Program-made: the position numbers and the translations under genes
Notes under the pieces: generated by a model
Database searches by the model: none
Told to the model about the DNA's origin: nothing
The model's input: only the letters and a program-made list of their open reading frames with translations
Shown: one piece after another, positions 26,596 to 36,337 of the stretch
How the letters are laid out: each line of letters opens with the position of its first letter
Numbering within the stretch: position 1 is the stretch's first letter
Assembly: GCF_001194135.2 (NCBI RefSeq)
Contig: NC_068990.1
Span: forward strand, 33,439,633-33,503,632
DNA: 64,000 nt
From: Octopus bimaculoides
Taxonomy: Eukaryota
Direction: 5' to 3'

Positions 26596-26860
26596 CTTTA
26601 TTTAAAAGCTGCAGAAATATAACAAAAGACTGATACTCGGAGATTCATGTTCCCGTTCATCGGACAATTTTGTTAGAAATGGGAAAGGAATAACTCCTTC
26701 CCCATTTCTAACAAAACTGTCCAATGAACGGGAAAGTGAAACTCCGAGTAACAGTCTTTTGTTATATTTCTGCTGCTTTTAAATAAAGCATATTACTCTA
26801 CCTCTGGTATTTGAGTACTCTTTTTCCACCTTGTTGCACATTTTATGTGCTTATTCCGGT
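26596..26860 (+). mobile_element. PLE-type terminal repeat with inverted partial duplication (94-bp arms, 5-nt loop) embedded in (AT)n
   Basis: 26596-26689 pairs with 26695-26788; only the right arm continues into a unique tail to about 26860; both arms hold a hammerhead-like motif. Confidence 0.7.
26716..26755 (+). ncRNA. Minimal type I hammerhead-like motif (H2); inverted copy at 26629-26668 on minus
   Basis: ACUGU-CC[A]AUGA-AC(GGGAAA)GU-GAA-ACU(CCG)AGU-A-ACAGU. The minus copy has core CCGAUGA but GAAUC. Confidence 0.6.
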
Positions 26861-27260
26861 ATATATATANNNNNNNNNNTATATATATATATATATATAT
26901 AAAATTGCATACACATGCACACAAACACACATATATATGTAAGCATATGTTGAATATTGGTTAGAATTGTTTCAGTACCACTCCTCTTCAAACCACATTA
27001 CACATTATTACGTGCATTGCATTACACATGTCCTGTACACCCATGCATGGCTGATGGATACCCGGATTTCCTGCACCAGTGGACTACATTAAATACCAGC
27101 TGGAATATGCAAATAGCCAAGAATTGTGTGCATAAGGAATATACTAAGACTTTACCAAATCTAATCTTAAATTATACATATCATCATCATCATCTTCATC
27201 GTCATTTAACGTCTGTTTTTCCATGCTGGCATGGGTTGGACAAACATAAACATATATATA

Positions 27261-28010
27261 TTCTTTTATTCTTTTGTTTGCTTCAGTCATTTGACTGCAG
27301 CCATGCTGGGGCACCACCTTGAAGAGTTTTAGTTGAAGAAACTTATTCTTTGTAAGCCTAGTACTTATTCTATCAGTCACTTTTGCTGAACTACTTATGT
27401 TACGGGTGCATAAACACACCAGCACCGGTTGTCAAGTAATGGCAGGGAGGACAAGTACACACACACACACACACACACATAAATATATGCATGCATCATC
27501 ATCATCATCGTTTAACGTCTGTTTCCATCCTGGCATGAGTTGGATGGTATGCATATATATATACATATAAATTTGAATAATAAGGGGGAAAAATTGAATA
27601 TTAATTTGATTAGTATTAATTTAAAACCAGTGGCCTAGCATATTGAATAAATCTGAAGATTCAGAAAAATTATATTATATACATATAAGCGGGATGACCA
27701 CTAAGTGGACATCCATTATGCTAGAAGTAGATCACCTATGATTTGACCACTAAGAAAATCTTTTCTTAGTAGTCAGATCATAGGTCTACTTCTAGCATAA
27801 TGGATGTCCACTTAGTAGTCAGCCCTCTTATATGTATAAATATATATATATATATGACGGGCTTCTTTCAGTTTCCTTTTACCAAATTCACTCACAAGAT
27901 TTTGGTCGACTAAAGGCTATAGTAGAAGATACTTGCCCAAGGTGCCATGCAGTGGGTCTGAACCTGGAACCATGTGCTTGAGAAGCAAACTTCTTACCAC
28001 ACAACCATGC
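27261..28010 (-). mobile_element. SINE family A with nested insertions in its microsatellite spacer
   Basis: 3' half about 27261-27480, head about 27855-28010; family C tail fragment and a fold-back element lie between. Confidence 0.8.
27678..27838. repeat. Fold-back element with ~80-bp arms and 2-nt loop, flanked by (AT)n
   Basis: 27678-27758 pairs with 27761-27838; each arm has an internal direct repeat of tgaccactaag. Confidence 0.9.
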
Positions 28011-28214
28011 ATATGTACGCATGTATGCGTGTGTGTATGTATGTATGAAATAGGTGCGGGTATGGCTGCTTGGTTAAGAAGCTCACTTTGCAGCCATATT
28101 GTTTGGGTTCAGTCCCATTGCGTGGTACCTGGGACCCCTGTCCAACCAATGCCATGTGAGTGAATTTTGTAGACAGAAACTGTGTGGAAGTCTCTCTCTC
28201 TCTCTCTATATATA

Positions 28215-28380
28215 TTTTTTTTTCTCCGTGTTTTTCTCCTTGTCTCCGTATTCTTTCTGTTGAAGAGCGTAGCTCGAAACGTCAAAGACTTTCCGTATTC
28301 CCGAGCGTCATACTAATATATACTTTTGTTATTTACACCACCTGTCCTCGTCTGTTGTTATTATTTGTATATTCTCCCAT
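28215..28380 (+). mobile_element. ~165-bp non-autonomous element carrying hammerhead-like motif H3 (PLE pLTR or retrozyme-like)
   Basis: Bounded by (TA)n on both sides; near-identical second copy at 31797-32048. Confidence 0.8.
28252..28288 (+). ncRNA. Minimal type I hammerhead ribozyme variant H3 (core CUGUUGA)
   Basis: UCUUU-CUGUUGA-A-GAGC(GUA)GCUC-GAA-ACGU-C-AAAGA: perfect 5-bp helix I, 4-bp helix II, palindromic ACGU helix III, GUC site (predicted cut after 28283). Confidence 0.75.
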
Positions 28381-28392
28381 ATATATATATAT

Positions 28393-28585
28393 AACAGTGG
28401 AATATATAGATAAAGACAGATGTGGCCAGTCTATGGGGTTACCCTGGGTTTCAAGTCTATAAAGTATTCAACTTTACGGCACTTCTTTAGACCCTAGGCC
28501 TGTGGCTTCTCTAGCAAGAGGCCCCTCTAGAAAATCTTAAGAGTGTGCTTCTTTTTCAGATTTATGATTTACTGACGATCGATAT
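28393..28585 (-). mobile_element. ~190-bp element carrying hammerhead-like motif H4
   Basis: Non-repetitive island between (AT)n and (TATG)n runs; minus strand folds as a hammerhead. Confidence 0.6.
28431..28497 (-). ncRNA. Type I hammerhead-like motif H4 with G5>A change
   Basis: CUA-GGGU-CU[A]AAGA-AGU(gccg UAAAGU ugaau ACUUUA uag)ACU-U-GAA-ACCC-A-GGGU-A-ACCC(ca)UAG; GUA site; near-palindromic helix III. Confidence 0.65.
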
Positions 28586-28860
28586 GTATGTATGTATGTA
28601 TGTATGTACGCATGTGTGTGTATGTGTGTTTGTATGTATGTATGTGCATATGTGTGCATGTGTGTGTATGTCAGCCCCCACCACTTGATAACGGGTTAGT
28701 TGGTGTACATCTCTGTGACTAAGCAGTTCAGCAAAAGCAATTGATAGAAAAAGAACCAGACTTTAAAAACTAAGTAGTGGGGGTTTATTTGTTTGACTCA
28801 ACCCTTGAAAGTGGTACCCAGCAAAGTTGCAGTCCAATGAACGAAACAGATTAAATATGA

Positions 28861-29032
28861 TAGGTGCAAAAGTGGCTGTTTGGTAAGTAGCTTACTTACC
28901 AACCACATGGTTCTGGGTTCAGTCCCACTGAGTGGCACCTTGGGCAAGTGTCTTCTACTATAGCCTTGAGCTGACCAAAGCCTTGTGTATGGATTTGGTA
29001 GAGAGAAACTGAAAGAAGCCCATCGTTCATAA

Positions 29033-29082
<50 letters not shown>

Positions 29083-29310
29083 GTGTGCGTGTGTTTGTGT
29101 GTGTGCATGTGTTTGTCTCCCCCCACCTTCGCTTGACAACTGATGCTGGTGTGTTTACGTCCCTGTAACATAGCGGTCTGGCAAAAGAGACCGATAGAAT
29201 AAGTACTAGGCTTACAAAGAATGAGGCCTGGGGTCGATTTGGGTGACTAAAGGCAGTGCTCCAGCATGGCTGCAGTCAAATGACTGAAACAAATAAAAGA
29301 ATAAGAAAGA
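28861..29310 (+). mobile_element. Full-length SINE family A copy
   Basis: A-box-like tggctgtttgg, B-box-like ggttcagtcc, ccttgggcaagtg CORE-like segment, (GT)n spacer, 3' half and aaaagaata tail. Confidence 0.9.
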
Positions 29311-30162
29311 TAAGAGATCTACATCATCAGTTTAATGTCCTCTTTTCCATGTTTGCATGGGGTCAAACAGAGTTTATTGAGGCAGATCTTCTACAGCTGG
29401 CTGCCCTTCCTGTCACCAATCCTCACCTGTTTCTAACTAAAGCAATATTTCCCCATGGCCAGATATGATGCTGCAGAAGATTGGAAATGAACCACACTGC
29501 TTGTATAACAGTGGCACTCATTTACAACTATCCATGTGATGTCATGACAATGGGACTTAAAGCACTCCTGCACACACATACATGCATACACACATACACA
29601 GACACAGAGACATACACACACATGTACATGCGCATGCACGTGCACACACACATACACAATCAGATATGACAGCCTTCTTTCAGTTTCCATCTACCAAATT
29701 CTCTCACAAGACTTTGGCCTGCCTGGGGTTGCAGTAGAAGATGCTCGTCCAAGGTGCCACACATTGGGACTGAACCCAGAACCATCTGGTTTGGGAAAAA
29801 AAACTTATTACCACACAGCCATGCCTGTGTCTATCTATCTAAGTGTGTGTGTGTGTGTGTGTGTGTGTGCATGCATTTATACAATTGTTTGGTACAGTAT
29901 CTTATTGAGTTGGCCATTTCACTCCCTCCCCCCCATCTACGTAGTTGTAGGTTACCTTGCAGTCAGAGCAACTAACTACAAGAGGCCTTTTGCTTGTAGC
30001 TTTCAAACATTACTTTCAGCACACACACACACACACAAATACATACACATGAATATATGCACACAAAAACTGCTCAAATACAGGCACACTCTCTCTCACA
30101 CACACACACACACAAATACATACACATGAATATATGCACACAAAAACTACTCAAATACAGGC

Positions 30163-30202
<40 letters not shown>

Positions 30203-31064
30203 CAAAAAACCATACTCAAATGGATGCACACGTACATTTTCACATTTAAATACACTTGCGCACTCAAACAGATATACACTCTACCGAACCAACAACCACA
30301 CAAACACACAAAGCATAAGAAAATAATTCTACAAATTTTAAATTAAACTTAGCTTTTTATTTATTCCTTTCTTTTTTTTTGCTTTATTTTTCTTGCTATT
30401 TTTTTTTTTTATTTGTAAATTTATTTCTTTACTTGCAGTGAATATAATATGTCCAACTTCTGCAGCAACAAGACCAGCAACAGCAGCAATTTCTCTCTCC
30501 CTCCCTCTCTCTCTATCTGATATTGCTGCTGCATCAGTAAATGCACCAACTACAGCAGGCATAGCTATCCTGTTATTGCTGCTAACATTACTTCTGTCAG
30601 CAATCTGAATTTATCAATGTTCAATAATAATAATGATGACGACGATGATGATGATGACGATAATGATGGTGATGATGACGATAATCATGGTGATGATGAT
30701 GATGATGATGATAGTCAATTGTTAAAGTACAAAATAGGAGAGAGAGAGAGAGAGTGAGAGAGAGGGGGGGATACAGTGTTATTCGACTGGGTGTGTATAG
30801 TCCTGACTTTCTGGCCACTCCTCAATTCTTATACTACCATCACCGCCACCACCACCACCACTGCCACTGTCAACTACTACCATCACTTTTCCTACTACTA
30901 CCACCCCTCTCGCTAATCATCACTGCCACTGTGACCACTACCACTACTACTACTACTACCACCACCATCACCACCACTGCCACCACCACCGCCACCATCG
31001 TCATCACCAGCAATATTGCCCTCTTTCCACTACAACTAATATTATGTGGATAGCACTACCATTT

Positions 31065-31106
<42 letters not shown>

Positions 31107-31239
31107 CTGCTACATGCCAGGAAATCACCAATACTCTACCGTCACTAACTAAAATGGAGCCTCTGCAAGGTTGCTCAACCCTCTAGAAATAGCAACCATT
31201 TCACATCTTAAAAAATGGTTAAACTGAATTGTAGGGACC

Positions 31240-31450
31240 TTGATGCATCATGATGTGGTCTCAGATGCACCGTGATGAGGTGCTTGATGCACCTTTTTGT
31301 GAATCAAGATGCACCGTAATGTGGTCCAAAACGCACTTGCACAGTCACGAGTGCACCATATTGTGCATCTAGATTATATAGACACAGATGCACCATGATG
31401 TTGTCTCAGATGCAACACATTATGGTCTGAGGTGCATTATAATGTGATCC
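31240..31450. repeat. ~22-bp minisatellite (agatgcaccatgatgtggtctc-like) inside an interspersed repeat
   Basis: Repeated gatgcacc motifs at about 22-bp spacing. Confidence 0.7.
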
Positions 31451-31585
31451 TGCATTCCCACTCAAGAAAAAGATAGTCACCGCTTGAGCACATTTTATCT
31501 TGAGTTTGTTGAATCAGGACTGGCCTGGGGCTATAAGAATCTACAAAATCTGCTGCTGCTATTACTCTAAACCAAATTCTCTTTC

Positions 31586-32233
31586 ATTCTCTTTTACTTG
31601 TTTCAGTCATCTGACTGCGGCCATGCTGGAGCACCACCTTTTTAGTCGAGCAAATCGACCCCAGGACTTATTCTTTGGAAGCCTAGTACTTATTCTATCG
31701 GTCTCTTTTGCTGAACCGCTAAGTTACAGGGATGTAAACACAGCAGCATCAGTTGGGGGAGGACAAACACAAACATATACACACACATACATGTGATCTG
31801 TTGAAGAGCGTAGCTCGAAACGTCAAAGACTTTCCGTATTCCTGAGCNNNNNNNNNNNNNNNNNNNNNNNNNNNNNNNNNNNNNNNNNNNNNNNNNNNNN
31901 NNNNNNNNNNNNNNNNNNNNNNNNNNNNNNNNNNNNNNNNNNNNNNNNNNNNNNNNNNNNNNNNNNNNNGAGCGTCATACTAATACATCCTTTTGTTATT
32001 TACACCACCTGTCCTCGTCTGTTGTTGTTTTTTCGTATATTCTCCCATATATATATATATATACATATATACAATGGGCTTCTTTCAGTTTCCCTCTACC
32101 AAATCCACTCACAGGCTTTGGTCAGCCCGAGGCTATAGAAGAAGACACTTGCCCAAGGTGCTATGCAGTGGGAATGAACCCGGAACCATGTGGTTGGTAA
32201 GCAAGCTACTTACCACACAGCCACTCCTGTGCC
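31586..32233 (-). mobile_element. SINE family A with the H3 element inserted in its spacer
   Basis: 3' half 31586-31790, head about 32070-32233. Confidence 0.85.
31797..31829 (+). ncRNA. Second copy of hammerhead variant H3 (5' strand of helix I truncated)
   Basis: CTGTTGAAGAGCGTAGCTCGAAACGTCAAAGA is identical to 28257-28288; only one upstream T is retained. Confidence 0.7.
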
Positions 32234-32420
32234 TATATGCAAATTTTTCTTAGAACTGATATATTCTAAATTGCTCTAGAATATTCTTATAGAGACAATT
32301 TGGTGGTTTCCTCCCTGTCAAACTGAGTTAGTGCTTTAGGCAGCATTAATGATAAATGGGATTCCAAGAATTGAACCCAGGATTATGAAATAATTGGCAC
32401 CTGTACCAGTGTAGTGCTAA

Positions 32421-32835
32421 GAGCACCATCTGAGCGTGATCATTGCCAGAGCAGCTGTCTGGCTTCCATGCCAGTGGCACGTAAATAGCACTATTTGAGT
32501 GTGATCGTTATCAGCGTCGCCTTACTGGCACTTGTGCCGGTGGCACATGAAAAAACATTCAAGCGAGATCGTTGCCAGTGCTGCTGGACTGGCTCCTGTG
32601 CAGGTGGCACATAAAATACACCATTTGAGCATGGCCGTTGCCAGTACCGCCTGACTGGCCTTCGTGCTGGTGGCACGTAAAAGCACCCATTACACTCTAG
32701 GAGTGGTTGGTGTTAGGAAGGGCATCCAGCTGTAGAAACTCTGCCAAATCAGATTGGAGCCTGGTGTAGCCATCTGGTTCCACCAGTCCTCAGTCAAATC
32801 ATCCAACCCATGCTAGCATGGAAAGCGGACGTTAA

Positions 32836-32870
<35 letters not shown>
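32421..32870 (+). mobile_element. SINE-like family C, long form
   Basis: Near-identical to 25109-25590, with the same 5' boundary; four tggcac(g/a)t(a/g)aa repeats; (GAT)n tail. Confidence 0.88.
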
Positions 32871-33186
32871 ATTAAATATGGTAAGAACTTTCTTCTTCAC
32901 ACTGTAGTTTGCAACAACTCAGAAATCTTCTTAACTGAAATAAAGATTTCTGTCACAAGTAGAGGACCAAAACCATAGTAGATTGGAAAATTTGAGGTGA
33001 ATGTGAAAAAGATTGGCCCTTTTTACAGTACTTGACTTTAAAATACGGCTATGTCAACCTTAGTGGGTTTTGAACTTGGAGTTTAGAGGCAAGATTCTGT
33101 CAACTGTGCAACATTTATTGTGAAGCTGCATTTTTACCTACTCCCATGTTATTATTGTATCACTGATCATAGGAATCGATTATAGA

Positions 33187-33616
33187 TAGCACCGGATTAA
33201 CCATTAACCAAAATAAGCACGTGTTTAGGGCATCAAAGGAAGGAGGGGACATCACAGAAATGGTAAATGGTTTACAGCACAAAACAAATCACTTTAAGCT
33301 TGCTAAAATAATATATATTTGGGATGCCTTATCTCTATTAAGTATAGATGCAGATGTGTTACCTAAGATTAATTTTGAGGATCTGATCAAAGACTTTGCA
33401 ATTCAAAAAAGTAGGAGGAAGTTTTTCAAACATAAATGAAGTGGAAGTATACAAAAATAAACATTATTTTCCCTCTACTTGTTTTGTTTCGTTTTGAAAA
33501 ATGAATATTTATTTTATGGTTTTGTTATTGTTTATATTTTGAATTACATAATCTTTTATGGGGGCATCACAATCTTTTAAGTACTTAGGGCCTCAATGGG
33601 TCTTAATCTGGCCCTG
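33187..33616 (+). mobile_element. Internally deleted hAT transposon
   Basis: TIRs TAGCACCGGATTAA / reverse-complement CAGGGCCAGATTAA; 8-bp TSD ATTATAGA / ATTACAGA; internal LSLLSIDADVLPKINFEDLIKDFAIQKSRRK matches the hAT C-terminal dimerisation region. Confidence 0.85.
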
Positions 33617-34124
33617 ATTACAGATCATGGGAGATGTCTACTCTGATTGACTAATAATATCCATTCTACTATATGTACAAAGCCTGAAATTGTGGGATAG
33701 AAGCTTAGTTGATTACATTGACTCCAGTACATAACTGCTACTTATTGTATTGATCCTAAAAGGGTGAAAGGTAAAGCTGACATCAACAGAATTTGAATTC
33801 AGAGTGTAAAGACAGACAAAATGCTGTAGCATGATAATTCTGCCAGCTGACTACTGACGAGTTGACTAATGATATCAAATCCAACCACCTGCATGGTTTG
33901 AAGTGCACATGACAAATGAAAGTTGTAAATTACTGTGCACTTGAAACTGGTTTAAGACAGCATCCATTGCTACCCTTCTATTGCACTAGGACTGTCAAAA
34001 GATGGGGTGACAAATGAGGTCACCCCAAAGAGACATCTATATGTCTTTGGATTATAGCGATAAACAATTGTAGAACTTGAGTGCTACTCTCTGAGCTTCT
34101 CTTATTAGGACCTAGTGACAGGCC

Positions 34125-34718
34125 AATATCATGGTGTTTGGAGTAATCACTAGTGAAGGCGATGTTATGCCTCCATTCATCTTCCCACATGGCCTCAGAC
34201 TCAACACAGAAGCCTACATCAAGTGCCTGGAGGAGGCAGTGCTGCTCTGGGTCAAGAGGGTGGTTGCTGGAAGACCCTATACCTAGCAACAGGACTCTGC
34301 ACCATGCCACACAAGCAGAAAAACCCAGTCATAGCTGTCAGACAATTTCTGCAACCACATCGCCCCTAACATCTGGCAACCTAACTCCCCAGACTGCAAC
34401 CCCCTTGATTATTATGTGTGGGGTGCAATTGAGTGAGAGACCAACAAAACTCCTTGTAACACCAAAAATGAACTGAAGGCAAAGGTTATAGCAGCATTCA
34501 GCAACGTAAACAAGGAGACCATCCAGAAGAGGTGCAAGAGATTTCAAAGTCGTCTGGAGGCCATGGTTGAAGCCAATAGCGATTTTATTGAACGAATTTT
34601 CTCTTTAATATTTCAAGATATTTTTATGTAATTTTGGTAAATATATCTGTTAAAATGAGATGTCAGTGTTATTTTCATTTTTGCATAATTTGGATGACAG
34701 TTTATTCACCGCACCCTG
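34125..34718 (+). mobile_element. 3' half of a Tc1/mariner DD37D (maT) element, pseudogenised
   Basis: IMVFGVITSEGDVMPPFIF..., QQDSAPCH ... WQPNSPDCNPLDYYVW with 37 residues between the two Asp; right TIR ends caccgcaccctg|TA; in-frame stops at Trp/Arg codons; left end absent. Confidence 0.9.
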
Positions 34719-34723
34719 TATAT

Positions 34724-34761
<38 letters not shown>

Positions 34762-36095
34762 GTATACACACAAACATGCTGGTTTTTGATGGAGGATGAA
34801 AGGAAGGAGGAGGCAGTATAGAAGCTGCAGCTCTCCTCTATACTTCCAGAGAAACAGTAATTCATATTACGTGTATGTATATGTGTGTGTATGTAAGTAT
34901 ATGACATATGCTCGTGACTTAGTATACATGTGTGTGTATGTGTGTGTGCGTGCACACACGTGTGTGTCTTTGTGTGTGTATACATACATATATATCATCA
35001 AGTACCTTATTAATCAAATTATTACTTTGATGAAGGTCAAGTAGATGTCAACACACCAACAATTACATACACACATGCTCTCTCTCTTTCTCACACACAT
35101 GCACCCGCATGCACCCACACTCACTTACACCTGTTCATTTTATTAACTAAGCAATATGCATTTGTAGTATTCAGTCATAAAATTGAAACTGCATCTTCTG
35201 CTGATGGCATCTCATAGAATTATCCATCCAAATCAATTTTGTCAAAAGTTCCTTAATTAGTTGTAATAACGTTGACTTGTAAAACTGTTTGAATAGCTGG
35301 ATGTTAGCGCTAAGGCCTGCAGGGGGTCACAGGTATAGGCAATGTGTTTAGACTAATATACAACGTTACTTGCAAGATCAACGACTCATTAGAATGAACA
35401 ATTGTCACTGATTTAGCAGCTTTAAACACCAAGCGTTCATTAACCATGCTATACTGACTTGTTATAAGCAAGAACAACTCCTTAAATATGCTGTGGCATC
35501 TGGGTATTGAACCATGAGATATCTAGAGTTACGTTATTCAAATGACTTGTCCATGCAAGTTTTCTCATTCTCATGTCCCTTACAAGTTGAAATATTTCAA
35601 ATGACAAGTTAATAACCATCACTTGGGCAAGAGAACTTTGACCACAATATCATCAGTGATTTACAATTTGTATTCCTTATAAGTACCTGGCCAGGCTAAA
35701 TCAAATCTACAGAGCATATTTTCATCACGCTCTCTCTCTTCTTTTAATGCTGTTTACAAAAACTTATTTCATAAACAGCTTACTTAATGTTCAGATGTTC
35801 AATTATCAGGTCAGATCTTTAACTGACCCACACTAGATGCTGTTCAATAATATTTGAATTACAATTGAGATATATAAGGTTCAATGTAGCAGATATTTAC
35901 ATCATAATGTTGAAAACAAGAGCTAGTCATCTCAAAGATATATACATAAATGACAAAAATTGGTCATCTCAGTCATATATTTATATACACATATACATAT
36001 ACATACATATATATATATATATACACATACACACATATACATACATATATATATATACACACACACACATATACATACATATATATATATACACA

Positions 36096-36337
36096 CTAGA
36101 GGTAGTCGATAGCTTCCGCTATCTGGGCGACCAAGTTAGTAGTGGGGGTGGGTGCGATGAAAGTGTAGCTGCTAGAATAAGAATAGCCTGGGCAAAGTTT
36201 AGAGAGCTCTTACCCCTGCTGGCGACAAAGGGACTCTCACTCAGAGTAAAAGGCAGACTGTATGACGCATGCGTACGAACAACCATGCTACATGGCAGTG
36301 AAACATGGGCTGTAACTGCTGAGGACATACGTAAGCT
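36096..36337 (+). mobile_element. 5'-truncated RTE-type LINE fragment (RT C-terminal region) running into an assembly gap
   Basis: LEVVDSFRYLGDQVSSGGGCDESVAARIRIAWAKFRELLPLLATKGLSLRVKGRLYDACVRTTMLHGSETW: F.YLG and Y...V...MLYG.ETW motifs; uninterrupted frame; begins directly in a microsatellite. Confidence 0.9.

Larger units (their letters stand above)
28051..28860 (+). mobile_element. Older SINE family A copy split by two hammerhead-bearing elements
   Basis: Diverged head about 28051-28190 and diverged 3' half about 28660-28860, with inserts in the microsatellite spacer. Confidence 0.65.

Noticed and set aside
28861-28940. tRNA gene
   Set aside because: A/B-box-like motifs belong to SINE heads; no complete cloverleaf with acceptor stem was found here or elsewhere.
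31848-31969. Possible tandem H3 dimer hidden in the gap
   Set aside because: Both gap edges overlap on gagc, so the gap may be spurious; cannot be decided without reads.
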